Shown one piece after another: positions 37,020 to 46,434 of a DNA stretch of 64,000 nt (positions within the stretch are counted from its first letter, which is position 1; each line of letters opens with the position of its first letter). The position numbers were made by a program, and so were the translations under genes. The stretch comes from a virus. Where the stretch lies: positions 1-64,000 of the IMG/VR virus record IMGVR_UViG_3300025405_000011. One strand, given 5' to 3'. The notes beneath the pieces are model-generated. The model ran no database searches. It had not been told where the DNA came from and saw only the letters and a program-made list of their open reading frames with translations.

Positions 37020-37615
37020 CTCTCTACTTCCTTCCTAAAGTAGTCCTCTAGATCTTCCAAACTAGTGGGTATAGTTTTAATTTTAGTAGATCTCTTGTAC
37101 ATATTCAAGCTCATTTTGATTAGTTCGTCGATATCTACCTGGTACTCTTTGTCAGTAGGCCGGGTTCCATCACCGTCTACAGGCCTTTGATCTGCTGGAA
37201 TATAGTAGATTCGGTCCCAGTAATTGTGATACTCCCAGTCCATTTCCATCTGACACACTCTAAGAGTAAAGCCAGTGTCACGGTCCATCATTTGCTTTTT
37301 GGCCTTGTGTAGTTGATAGGCAGTCTCGTCCATGGCCCATCGTTCACTAATAACAAAGTCAGCGGACATAGAACCTTTGGCCATCATCATTCTACGACGT
37401 TCATAGATGCAGGCTAGTTGGAAGGAGTTTCCTTCTGGGGAAAGTATTGGTCCAGAATTTGTTGGGCTACCACTGCCCCAAGACAATACATTACGAGTGA
37501 CACTTCCAAGAGGAGCAATAGTGACTGCTTCCATTTCTTCATTGATAACCTTTCTTAGAATTCTAGCTGCCGTAGTCTTGCCGGTTCCATGACTACCAGT
37601 AAATGCTATTCTCAT
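36998..37615 (-). CDS. P-loop nucleotide kinase-like ATPase (AAA_28/NadR-like)
   Basis: IAFTGSHGTGKTT, ISER...D...Y, DG-x-R. Confidence 0.75.
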   Translation of the reverse strand: MRIAFTGSHGTGKTTAARILRKVINEEMEAVTIAPLGSVTRNVLSWGSGSPTNSGPILSPEGNSFQLACIYERRRMMMAKGSMSADFVISERWAMDETAYQLHKAKKQMMDRDTGFTLRVCQMEMDWEYHNYWDRIYYIPADQRPVDGDGTRPTDKEYQVDIDELIKMSLNMYKRSTKIKTIPTSLEDLEDYFRKEVESWKVKKK

Positions 37616-37956
37616 CCTTTTCGATATCTCTTTCTATGTTTTTTAATGGGTTCCTTAAAGGCATCCACTCTTAATACTATAAGTCTCAACTGTCTATCGG
37701 TCATCTTGCTCTGTCTTCTTAGACCATGAGCTATTCTAACGATATCGTTTAAACTATATCTTCTGTCTCCACCAGAGGTTCTCCTAATTGTCAAAGGATT
37801 ACCCTCACGGTCAATAAATTGACCTAAATTCTCTTTACGTCTAAATGCTTGAGGCTGTAAATCAAAGAAAGCAGCAGCCATTCCAAGAGTGAACACTGGG
37901 TCATCATCCCGACGAGCCAGTCCCTGTCTCTTGACGTCATTTGGCTGATCGGACAT
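37612..37956 (-). CDS. MerR-like HTH DNA-binding protein
   Basis: FTLGMAA...RTSGGDRRYSLNDI. Confidence 0.75.
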   Translation of the reverse strand: MSDQPNDVKRQGLARRDDDPVFTLGMAAAFFDLQPQAFRRKENLGQFIDREGNPLTIRRTSGGDRRYSLNDIVRIAHGLRRQSKMTDRQLRLIVLRVDAFKEPIKKHRKRYRKG

Positions 37957-38614
37957 AGAAGGCCGTCCGGTTCTTGCCGGGGATTGCTGCCTTTACAATC
38001 TGCTCCATACCAATATTACCGACTTTGAGCTGTCGTTCCAACTCTTTTTCATTGAGTTCGTATTCTAGGGTATAGGTTGTCTCGGTTTTACCTCCCGGAT
38101 ACTTGATGGTCCTATTGGTACCGATCTCGTTGGTAATACTGGCAAACTGATCTGGTTCTAGAACAGTTTTGAGCAAGTCTATGTCTAGGTTTAGTTTACC
38201 ACCGGACACTTCTTTGCTGAGCTTGACCTTGTTCTCTACACTGTACAGTGAACCACTCTCGGTCAAACTGTCTCGTCCATCATACTCGATGGCAAGATTG
38301 ATAACTTCGGTGGCATAGCTCTTTAGAGCGTCTGCACGACCGGTAATGATATCTTGGGCAGCACGAACTGTCAATAGTTCAGTGGCCAAGACATCGATCT
38401 CGTCATTGTCTAGTCTATGTGGATTCGAGATGTCGGTCATTCCCAACACTTCGAATAGTGCACCGAAAGTTTCATCGGCACCGGCAGCAATTACATCTTG
38501 TGCACTCTCGCGACGAACTTCAGCTCGACTTCTTGACCGTGCTGACTCCCCAAATGCAGGTGGTTCGGTCACCTCGCGTAAATAGGTAGTTTCCGGTGTT
38601 AACTTGTTTTCCAT
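37937..38614 (-). CDS. Hypothetical protein
   Basis: ORF with a GGAGG SD and an upstream promoter. Confidence 0.65.
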   Translation of the reverse strand: MENKLTPETTYLREVTEPPAFGESARSRSRAEVRRESAQDVIAAGADETFGALFEVLGMTDISNPHRLDNDEIDVLATELLTVRAAQDIITGRADALKSYATEVINLAIEYDGRDSLTESGSLYSVENKVKLSKEVSGGKLNLDIDLLKTVLEPDQFASITNEIGTNRTIKYPGGKTETTYTLEYELNEKELERQLKVGNIGMEQIVKAAIPGKNRTAFYVRSAK

Positions 38615-38649
38615 ACTTGGAGGCCTCCTCTTGGCTCTTACTATATACT

Positions 38650-38678
38650 ATGATAGTGGGATTCGAGTTCATAATCAA
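38650..38678 (-). promoter_or_regulatory. Promoter
   Basis: TTGATT-N17-TATCAT. Confidence 0.55.
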
Positions 38679-38679
38679 C

Positions 38680-39252
38680 TTATCCCAGTCGGACTTCTAG
38701 TCCTCGAGTAGTGACATACCATATGTTACCGCCCACTCCGGCAGCGGTCCGGGTAGACACACGAGCGGCCCGGATGACATCGTTCTTGGTCCACGGACCG
38801 TCCTCGCCCAGGCTTCCGAATGCCTCCGATAGTCCCGAGCCCATGGCCCATCGACCGCTGGTCGGTATAAGTACACTAAAGTCCTCGTCGATGGCTACAA
38901 GGTTATTGCCCCAGGCCATAATGAGTCCGGCACCAAAGGTCTCTACACTCTTGCTTACGCTCAGGCTACCGTGATCGTTAAGAGCCTCGCGTATGGCCGG
39001 AACAACCTCGCGGATTACAAATCTCTCGATGTCGTTCTGATGATAGTCTCGAAACTCGGGCCAGTCGGTCCAGTGTTGTATGACCTGAGCTGCACGCACA
39101 TCGCCGCAAGAGGCAAATGCAAACTTACGCTCGCGTTCGACCCATAGTTTGCCACTGCCCTCGTGACTCTTGGTATAGTCCCACGAGATCTCGCTGTCGG
39201 CGGCTATAACTACACCGTCCAGTCTGGTTACTGCAGCGGCAAGGACGGTCAC
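38680..39252 (-). CDS. Ntn-hydrolase, HslV/proteasome-beta-like protease
   Basis: N-terminal M-T nucleophile, VIAADS, K, AMGSG, GG. Confidence 0.8.
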   Translation of the reverse strand: MTVLAAAVTRLDGVVIAADSEISWDYTKSHEGSGKLWVERERKFAFASCGDVRAAQVIQHWTDWPEFRDYHQNDIERFVIREVVPAIREALNDHGSLSVSKSVETFGAGLIMAWGNNLVAIDEDFSVLIPTSGRWAMGSGLSEAFGSLGEDGPWTKNDVIRAARVSTRTAAGVGGNIWYVTTRGLEVRLG

Positions 39253-39271
39253 GTTCGCTCCACACGGTACA

Positions 39272-39613
39272 CTAGTAGTAGTCCTCTTCGGCTGACACTA
39301 CGGGTTCTGCATCGGGGTCCACGTCGACATCTGCCGCTGTGTCTGCATCGGGCGCCGTGCCTTCGGCACTATTGGACTCGAGCTCGGCGGCCCCTTCTGC
39401 TGTACCCAGTAGTTCACTTACAACACTTCTAAATTGGGGCCCCACTACAGAGTCCCACATTTCTGCGAACATAATCTGATGCTTACCTTCGGCTACTTCA
39501 CTCTCCCATAGGCTTAGTTCTGCTCCTACTTCAGGTTTAATCCAGTCCCATTCACCTTTGGCATTCTTTACTTGGAGAGTGGCTCCAATCGATACTGATA
39601 GTTTAAGTTCCAT
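39272..39613 (-). CDS. Hypothetical protein with an acidic tail
   Basis: Packed ORF. Confidence 0.6.
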   Translation of the reverse strand: MELKLSVSIGATLQVKNAKGEWDWIKPEVGAELSLWESEVAEGKHQIMFAEMWDSVVGPQFRSVVSELLGTAEGAAELESNSAEGTAPDADTAADVDVDPDAEPVVSAEEDYY

Positions 39614-40020
39614 TATTGACCCTGAGAATACTTTTCAGCATCTGGGGAAAGCATCCAGTTAATGGTACCGAGTAATAGTTCAAAGTTCTTCTTTTCTTCG
39701 AATGTTACTCCTTGTACGTTTCCATCCGTAATATTGGCCAAGAGTAGAATTAGAGCGTGCTGCATCTCTTCTGCACCCTTTTGACGAAATACATATTCTG
39801 ATACATCTTCTGTCCTAAGTTCAGCAATGCCTTCTAGTTCATTGACTACTTCTGGTTCATTGGTTCCTTCTACCATTTTCTTTAACTCCTTTTGTGTCTT
39901 ACGAATTCCATTAAAAATATAGTTGGTTAAAACTATACCTGCTGTGTCTATAACTAGACTTCTACCCGAATGCTTTAAGGTAGACTTCATTGCTCCACTA
40001 CCCCATGTATTACTAGACAT
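39613..40020 (-). CDS. Hypothetical protein
   Basis: ORF downstream of the promoter at 40048..40076. Confidence 0.6.
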   Translation of the reverse strand: MSSNTWGSGAMKSTLKHSGRSLVIDTAGIVLTNYIFNGIRKTQKELKKMVEGTNEPEVVNELEGIAELRTEDVSEYVFRQKGAEEMQHALILLLANITDGNVQGVTFEEKKNFELLLGTINWMLSPDAEKYSQGQ

Positions 40021-40047
40021 ACTTACTCTTTCTCTATACTAATTCGT

Positions 40048-40076
40048 AGTATAATAATTCTTCTTGTAAAAAACAA
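40048..40076 (-). promoter_or_regulatory. Promoter
   Basis: TTGTTT-N17-TATACT. Confidence 0.6.
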
Positions 40077-40084
40077 GATAAAAG

Positions 40085-40156
40085 TACCTCCACTCGGAAT
40101 CGAACCGAGATCAATGGGTTAGAACTCCAGTGCACTATCCGTTGTGCTATAGAGGC
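40085..40156 (-). tRNA. tRNA-Arg(TCT) with an imperfect anticodon stem
   Basis: GCCTCTA TA GCAC AACGGATA GTGC A CTGGA GTTCTAA CCCAT TGAT CTCGG TTCGATT CCGAG TGGAGGT A; GGATA D-loop carries the A20 Arg identity element. Confidence 0.7.
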
Positions 40157-40399
40157 TCAATTGCTATTATATAGACTAGTATCTATTCCATAGGCATTCA
40201 AGATATTTACACATTGAAGATAGATTCCACTATTCATAGCTCCCACTCCAGGGTTTGCTGCTTTTACTACTCCTTTAATCCAGAGTTCTGTACCTTCCTC
40301 TTGGAAGTTTACAAAAGCATTGATATTGGTAGGACTAGCTGGAATATTGGCCATAGACATTAGTGTTAGTGCAGCCCATTGTATAGTACCTTTAGCCAT
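40157..40399 (-). CDS. Hypothetical protein
   Basis: AAGGAG SD; coupled to the upstream gene. Confidence 0.55.
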   Translation of the reverse strand: MAKGTIQWAALTLMSMANIPASPTNINAFVNFQEEGTELWIKGVVKAANPGVGAMNSGIYLQCVNILNAYGIDTSLYNSN

Positions 40400-41118
40400 T
40401 ATTCTCCTTTGTTAAAAAATAGTTCTTTGTTAAAGTAGATCTCTGAATCAATATTGTTTAGTTCATATAGTCTATCAATTTGTTTAGTAGATAGTTGTGA
40501 AAACATAGAAGAAGAATCTTTGTTAATATTATAACCCATAGTAATAATAGTATTTTGAGGTGGAGCTACATATCGAGCATTAAAATCTCTAAGGACCCTA
40601 CGTGTTACTAGTTCCATTCTATCTCTAGTCAACTGACTATCTCTTAATAAGACTTGTATACGTTCTATCCTAGTGTCTAGTAGACTTCTATCTATTTCTA
40701 GTGACCTAAATTCATAGTTGTTGGCAAAAAAATAAGCATTACCCTGACAACTAGAGTCATCAAAAAGTAAATTCTTCACTTGATAATTACTTATAAAGCT
40801 TTGCTCTCTGTCTACCCATTGTAAAAGTCCATCTATGTCTAGTGTATAATCCTCAAAAGATTTAAACTTATCATAGAGTACATAACAAAAATGACTTACC
40901 GTTCTTTTTGCAGGATCACGAAGAGAAGTAACTATATAAGTGTCTTCCTTAACTGGTTTCCAAGCGTGATGATACTCGGAGTTAATGTTCTCTATTCCAA
41001 CTGGTTCTAGACTTGATATTAGATGGGAGAAGAGTTCAGCTTTTATATAATGGCCCCCACACTTGGGTATGTGTAAGTAATAGATATTACTATTCATCGA
41101 TAGATTTTCTTTTTCCAA
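40399..41118 (-). CDS. Sulfotransferase family protein
   Basis: YLHIPKCGG (5'-PSB), LRDP-x-x-R-x-x-S (3'-PB), N-x-x-D-x-x-I-Y. Confidence 0.8.
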   Translation of the reverse strand: MEKENLSMNSNIYYLHIPKCGGHYIKAELFSHLISSLEPVGIENINSEYHHAWKPVKEDTYIVTSLRDPAKRTVSHFCYVLYDKFKSFEDYTLDIDGLLQWVDREQSFISNYQVKNLLFDDSSCQGNAYFFANNYEFRSLEIDRSLLDTRIERIQVLLRDSQLTRDRMELVTRRVLRDFNARYVAPPQNTIITMGYNINKDSSSMFSQLSTKQIDRLYELNNIDSEIYFNKELFFNKGE

Positions 41119-41828
41119 TGATTCTTTCGATAATAACCGTCTTCAAGTTCTTCAAGTCCAACTGTATTCCAATGTGCAGTTTTATTGAGTTCTCCATCCA
41201 TACTCTCTTTGGCTATCCACTCTTCTCTACGAAAAGGGATTAGTTGTGCTACCATAGTCCCTGCAGGAATCTTTCCAGTAAAACCAATCTTTAGATGAAA
41301 GGCCATATTGGCACCCGGACAGTTATAGTCGTCTACAACTGCACTAGTACTGATAAATGGAAGATCCCAACGATTTAATGGGTGAGTAAAGAGACAACTA
41401 TATCCATCGGGTATTCTAATAGAAACTGGAAGAGACCAAATAAAGTGCTCTTCATGATAACCCGGTGGGTGTGGAGCAGGATCAGTTATTGCAGGTGGAC
41501 GATTAGATACAGGTCCTCTTTGTTGATTGTTATGACTTATAACTATTTTACCATCTACTTCTTGTACCCAGACATCTTCAGCCAAAAATACTCCATAGCC
41601 AGTGACTAATGCATCAAGAAAGGGCATGCAATGCTTAAGTCCTGGAAGTCTTGTTCCATCAAACTCGACCCAACGTTGAGTTTGTTTATACCAGTCAGGG
41701 GTATGTCTAGACATAGTCTGTACTAGTTCATCAAATTGTTGATTTGGATATCCACCTTCCCAGAGTAGAGTGACTGGTCCTGAACTAGAGTCAGTTAATA
41801 TTTTTTTATGTTTTTTTCTAGTGAACAT
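41094..41828 (-). CDS. Conserved phage protein; paralog of 25931..26677
   Basis: PDWYK, KHCMPFLDA..GY, HPLNR..LPF, AGT...Q.IPFRR. Confidence 0.65.
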   Translation of the reverse strand: MFTRKKHKKILTDSSSGPVTLLWEGGYPNQQFDELVQTMSRHTPDWYKQTQRWVEFDGTRLPGLKHCMPFLDALVTGYGVFLAEDVWVQEVDGKIVISHNNQQRGPVSNRPPAITDPAPHPPGYHEEHFIWSLPVSIRIPDGYSCLFTHPLNRWDLPFISTSAVVDDYNCPGANMAFHLKIGFTGKIPAGTMVAQLIPFRREEWIAKESMDGELNKTAHWNTVGLEELEDGYYRKNHWKKKIYR

Positions 41829-42390
41829 TTTTATCTAGTTTCTGTTCTGAGTTATCTGTATAGTTTATAGACATAGATAGTTTTACTCCCTCAGTGATCT
41901 TTCTTACTCCGTGTACATATTGTGGTGGAAATAGCAATACACTTCCTTTAGAGGGCTTAAATTCTAAATCTAGACTGGGGAAGTAGATTTCTCCACCTTC
42001 ATACTCTTCAGGATTATTTAAGTATACTACAGAAGTGAAATTTGCTTCTGGCATATCTTCGTTGTCTATGTGGGGAACTATATATCCTCCCACTGGGTAG
42101 TAGTTAATATAGTGTTCATAATCATAGACTGCTTTAGAAGACTGTAAGAATTCAATTACTTTTCTACCACAACTACGATAGAGAGCTGTAACTGGACTAT
42201 TTACTATTTTATAGAGCAATAGCACATCTCGAGGGTTAACTAATAGTTCTGACCTATGGTCTTCATTATCACTACCACTAATCATCATATTGCCATCAAT
42301 ATAGGCTTTCCTGACATAATCTGATAAAAAGTCACAGGTTTCTTTGCCTATGAAGTCTTCTACTAGTACTACTTCACTTTCTTCTTCCAT
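41818..42390 (-). CDS. 2OG-Fe(II) oxygenase (prolyl-4-hydroxylase-like)
   Basis: HID...YLN...YEGGE...H-x-V...G-x-K. Confidence 0.88.
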   Translation of the reverse strand: MEEESEVVLVEDFIGKETCDFLSDYVRKAYIDGNMMISGSDNEDHRSELLVNPRDVLLLYKIVNSPVTALYRSCGRKVIEFLQSSKAVYDYEHYINYYPVGGYIVPHIDNEDMPEANFTSVVYLNNPEEYEGGEIYFPSLDLEFKPSKGSVLLFPPQYVHGVRKITEGVKLSMSINYTDNSEQKLDKNVH

Positions 42391-42392
42391 TA

Positions 42393-42959
42393 CTAATACT
42401 TTACACTTTCATCTTCAGTGTAGTTTAATGCAAGAGTTCTCTTAAATCCAGAAGTAACTTTACGAGCTTCATGCCAGTAGGTCCCTGGAAAAATTAGTAG
42501 AGTGCCCTTTTTAGGCTTAAGAACTAGATCTAGATTGGGGAAATATAGTTCTCCACCATCATAGTTCTCAGGTTCATCCAAGTATAGAACTGAAGTAACA
42601 AAGCAGTCAGGCATTTGATGATCATCTCTATGTGGAATTAAATGTCCATTTACTGGATAATAGTTAAAAAGACAGTTGTCTTTGTGTGCATAGAGTTTAC
42701 GAGAATGGCCTATTAATTCTATAGCAGAGTCCAAATGCTTACGATATGTAGAGACAAATTCTTCATCTTCTATCTGATAGGCATCTACTACTAGTCGAGG
42801 GTTTTGTAACTCTAGTTCTCTCACTTTGGGGTCTTTTACAGTAAGAGGCTTCATTCGTTGTAGTTCTAGTGCTTTGTCTAGATATCTATTATAGAGATCA
42901 CATTCTTCAAAACTAGTAAAGTCTTCATATATTCGAATTTCTTCTCTGGACTCTTCCAT
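42393..42959 (-). CDS. 2OG-Fe(II) oxygenase (paralog of the adjacent gene)
   Basis: HRD...YLD...YDGGE...HEA...KR. Confidence 0.88.
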   Translation of the reverse strand: MEESREEIRIYEDFTSFEECDLYNRYLDKALELQRMKPLTVKDPKVRELELQNPRLVVDAYQIEDEEFVSTYRKHLDSAIELIGHSRKLYAHKDNCLFNYYPVNGHLIPHRDDHQMPDCFVTSVLYLDEPENYDGGELYFPNLDLVLKPKKGTLLIFPGTYWHEARKVTSGFKRTLALNYTEDESVKY

Positions 42960-42960
42960 A

Positions 42961-44232
42961 CTACTCTTTTTTATTAGCTTTTAGTAGTTGTGCTGACTTT
43001 AGTTTGTTTACTGCCTTATTAAAGACCGAGTTCCAATCTTTACAAACATTTTCCCAAGTTACATTCGTGACCCAGTTGTAGGCATTGTCTACTCTCTCTG
43101 GGTATAGTCCAGCTTTTACTTCAAGAATAGCATCAGCAGCAGCTTCTACATCCATTAATGGACGAACTCGATCATTGTCATTTTCTTTCATTACCCAGTG
43201 ACTTGGAGTACTACCACTAGGAACTCTCCAACCACGATCTTCTCCAAGTATCTCAGGCAGACTGGTATTGTCCGGAGCAACTACCGGAAGTTTACAGGCC
43301 ATGGCTTCAGTAATACTAAGGCCCCAACCTTCACCTAGAGTAGTAGTCAAATAGCAGTCACTCGAGTTATAGAGCTGATTTACTACCTCAATGGGAAAAC
43401 CACTATGGGCACTAAATTGTGCTGGGTTAGGGATAGTAAAATCAGTATTAGGGTCTAGTCCTAGTGCTTGAGCCATTGCTAGTACACTTCCACCAAAGTC
43501 ACTCTCTTGCATATGTAGATAGAAGAAGATGTCATCATGGCCTCTACGTTTGAGTTCCTTAAGTATCATAAGTGTACGACCAATGTCTTTACGTCCTTGA
43601 TTACGATTGACATTGGTAACAATAAAACGGTCAGCATTGACTCCAAAAAGTGCTTTACGAATAGTTTGAATTTGCTCTTGTGGAAGTGGGTAGAAATCTT
43701 TGGTATTAGTTCCATGATAGATTACCTTAAAACTATCTACTACATCACCTAGGTATCTACGAGTTTCTTCTCTAGCATACTCTGTATAGGGTACCGGGTA
43801 GTCAAAACTAGCAACTGCTTTTTCTACCCAAGATGGCTTAGGCGGGCAATCAAATGGGTAATAATAAATACTACTAAAAGACTTGGCTTTACCGGCTTGT
43901 ATTTCACGAATTTTATCGGCAATAGGTTCTACAATAAAAGTATCTTGAATTACAAATACTAAGTCATAGTCTCCACGTCCTAGAAAGTCAAGAAATACTT
44001 GTCGTCCAAAAAGATCAGCATAGGAACCCTGCTGTCTTAATGCACTAATAGCAGGCCAAACTTGTCCAGGGAACTTATTGGTGTCATATACTCCGCCATC
44101 ATAATTGACGGCAATAACATCAATATCATAGTTGCCGGTTTTGTATAGTTCTCTCATGATATTACTATTTACTGTAGCAAAACCAGTAGAGCAACAATAG
44201 TCACCCCATACTAAGATCTTTGTTTTGGCCAT
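42961..44232 (-). CDS. GT-B (GT4-like) glycosyltransferase
   Basis: TGF, NRNQGRKD, GEGWGLSITEAMAC. Start re-called to MAKTKILVWG, consistent with the promoter. Confidence 0.88.
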   Translation of the reverse strand: MAKTKILVWGDYCCSTGFATVNSNIMRELYKTGNYDIDVIAVNYDGGVYDTNKFPGQVWPAISALRQQGSYADLFGRQVFLDFLGRGDYDLVFVIQDTFIVEPIADKIREIQAGKAKSFSSIYYYPFDCPPKPSWVEKAVASFDYPVPYTEYAREETRRYLGDVVDSFKVIYHGTNTKDFYPLPQEQIQTIRKALFGVNADRFIVTNVNRNQGRKDIGRTLMILKELKRRGHDDIFFYLHMQESDFGGSVLAMAQALGLDPNTDFTIPNPAQFSAHSGFPIEVVNQLYNSSDCYLTTTLGEGWGLSITEAMACKLPVVAPDNTSLPEILGEDRGWRVPSGSTPSHWVMKENDNDRVRPLMDVEAAADAILEVKAGLYPERVDNAYNWVTNVTWENVCKDWNSVFNKAVNKLKSAQLLKANKKE

Positions 44233-44263
44233 TGGAGTCCTATCTGTGAATATATCTGTAACT

Positions 44264-44292
44264 ATTGTAGTATATTTACTAACTTTTATCAA
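44264..44292 (-). promoter_or_regulatory. Promoter
   Basis: TTGATA-N17-TACAAT. Confidence 0.55.
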
Positions 44293-45057
44293 CTACATCA
44301 GTCGTAAAGTACCATACTTTGTAGGGTTATTGGAATAGAGTTCTATTCTTCTTTGAGCTGATTTAGTCATCTCTTCTGAGATATCATTGGTAATAAAATT
44401 TCTTTTATTCTCTACTGCAGCTTGTGCAGTTACTCCACTGCCACCAAAAGGGTCTAGTACTGTATCCCCTGGCCTAGTGTAGAGTTGTATAAATTTATGT
44501 GCAAGCCCAATAGGGTAGGTGTCCAGTAAAAAACCTACTCCTTCTTTTTCTAGTTCTTGGTCTAGTAATTGCCCTATATTATTGTTTATCCCAGGACCCA
44601 ATCCCCAGTCTCTTTTCTTTATGTTTTTATTAAAAGGCAAGTGTGATGAAGATCTAGCTAGATGAAACCACAATACTTGAGATCCATTCATTGTCTCTAG
44701 AAAAGAATGGGGAACATTATAGTCCCAAGTAGTAAAGCCCAAATAGTGTAGCTTGGTTTTTTTTAAAACTTTGGCTAGGTAGAGATAGGGCATAGCTCTC
44801 TGATCTCCAATACAGATAAATAGACTACCATTGGGCTTTAAAACACGTTCCATCTCTTTGGTAGACTTAACTAGCATAGACAACATATCTACTTGACTAT
44901 GTCCAAAGTTTATCTGCTTTTGTGGATCACCCTTATAACGTTCTACATCTATGTCAAGATAGGGTGGGTGGGTAATAATTAAATCTATACTACCACTAGG
45001 GATGTCTAGTTTACGAGCATCTCCTATGATGAACTTATTGTTTTCAGATTGATACAT
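44293..45057 (-). CDS. Amino-(N4-C/N6-A) DNA methyltransferase, beta class
   Basis: IDLIITHPPY (motif IV variant) precedes VLDPFGGSG (motif I). Confidence 0.8.
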   Translation of the reverse strand: MYQSENNKFIIGDARKLDIPSGSIDLIITHPPYLDIDVERYKGDPQKQINFGHSQVDMLSMLVKSTKEMERVLKPNGSLFICIGDQRAMPYLYLAKVLKKTKLHYLGFTTWDYNVPHSFLETMNGSQVLWFHLARSSSHLPFNKNIKKRDWGLGPGINNNIGQLLDQELEKEGVGFLLDTYPIGLAHKFIQLYTRPGDTVLDPFGGSGVTAQAAVENKRNFITNDISEEMTKSAQRRIELYSNNPTKYGTLRLM

Positions 45058-45475
45058 TGCTTTTGGGTTTACGACCTCGTCCAGAGATTTTAACTCTATT
45101 GGCCTCTGACTCTTTTCTAGCCATAGAACTATCCATCCAATATAGTGCTTCGGGTTTATGGCAGTTAATATTCATTTTTTTTCGAATACTAACTCTTTGT
45201 TTCTCACTAGTACCAGCCCAATAGCCATAATGCTCATGATGTAGAGCATGTTCAAGACATTGCTTTTGTACTGGACAGTCCTCACATGTCTGTACTAGTA
45301 TCGGGTCTACTAACTCTCCTTGTGTTGGAAAGAACATTTCAGTTGCTAGGCCTTTACAGAGTGCTTGATCTTGCCATCTAAAGTCTATTTTATTTTTACT
45401 TATTACGGTCACTTTAGTGTTTTTTCTATTTCTCTTAGACGAGGAATTACTCGTGTTTCTACTTCTCGGTCCCAA
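45044..45475 (-). CDS. whiB: WhiB-family transcriptional regulator
   Basis: WQDQALC...FFP...C-x-x-CPV-x-x-QC...GYWAG-x-S-x-x-QR and an AT-hook-like GRGRKPK. Confidence 0.9.
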   Translation of the reverse strand: MGPRSRNTSNSSSKRNRKNTKVTVISKNKIDFRWQDQALCKGLATEMFFPTQGELVDPILVQTCEDCPVQKQCLEHALHHEHYGYWAGTSEKQRVSIRKKMNINCHKPEALYWMDSSMARKESEANRVKISGRGRKPKSNVSI

Positions 45476-46398
45476 TTAAATTCTTCTTTTAGTTTAATTG
45501 CTTGTTCTCTATAGTCTAGTTCATAGTCAGAATAGTTATTGTATACTCTTCTCATCTGGTCTCTAATTGACTTGATAGTGGGTTGAAATGCTTCTCCTCG
45601 AAGAAAACTTACTTCTTGTATGTTCTGAGGAACAGCTTCTTTACGAGTATGCAACTTAGCATGTATATATTCAGCATAGTCAGCCCAATCGGTTACTGAA
45701 ATTACTGGCATGCCTGTAGCCATTGCTTCTAATGGCATCATACCACCACCCTCTCCCATACTGGGGTACACTAGGCAATGTGTATTGTAAAGTAGATTCT
45801 TGTAGTCCTCTTGTTCTAGAGCACTAGCAATAACTGTCACTCTATCATAGAGCTGTATTCCAGTAATAGAAGCAGGTCCATAGGACTTAAACACTAGGAA
45901 AGCATTACTATCATCTTCAAACTCTTGAAGAAATGCTTCTAGTACTAGTCGTCCATTCTTTCTTAGAGTGGGCTCTCCAGTATGTAAAAAGTAAAAGGGT
46001 CCATCTTTGACTCTCTCTACTGGGTCAAAGCCATCAGTTATGCATGCTCTTACAACTAGAGTTACTCTATCAGTATACTTATCAAAACAGTCTTCTTTAA
46101 CCCAAGTGGCTGTAGTCCAGATCTCGTCCATGAGATTTAGACCATCTTGCCATTCGGGTATTATTTCTGTACTCTCATGAGTGGCTATACCAATATTATA
46201 TTGATTGGACTGTCTACATAGCCATCCAGGATTATCACAGCAGATGTTGATTTCTGCAGTAGGGTCATTAATCACTACTTCAAAACCATGTCTCTCTAAA
46301 GAGTTGTAGATTTGACGTGCAACTCGTGCATACCCATTCTGTTGAGTATTGAATGAGTTATTGTTGTGTAATGCTACACCTGTAAAAGAAATCTTCAT
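45409..46398 (-). CDS. GT-B glycosyltransferase
   Basis: GYARV, HEST..., RKN, PSMGEGGGMMPLEAMATG. Confidence 0.85.
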   Translation of the reverse strand: MKISFTGVALHNNNSFNTQQNGYARVARQIYNSLERHGFEVVINDPTAEINICCDNPGWLCRQSNQYNIGIATHESTEIIPEWQDGLNLMDEIWTTATWVKEDCFDKYTDRVTLVVRACITDGFDPVERVKDGPFYFLHTGEPTLRKNGRLVLEAFLQEFEDDSNAFLVFKSYGPASITGIQLYDRVTVIASALEQEDYKNLLYNTHCLVYPSMGEGGGMMPLEAMATGMPVISVTDWADYAEYIHAKLHTRKEAVPQNIQEVSFLRGEAFQPTIKSIRDQMRRVYNNYSDYELDYREQAIKLKEEFNWDREVETRVIPRLREIEKTLK

Positions 46399-46404
46399 AA
46401 CACT

Positions 46405-46433
46405 AGTATAAAGGGTCTAAGTGTAGTAAACAA
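46405..46433 (-). promoter_or_regulatory. Promoter for a leaderless transcript
   Basis: TTGTTT-N17-TATACT-N6-ATG. Confidence 0.65.
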
Positions 46434-46434
46434 G

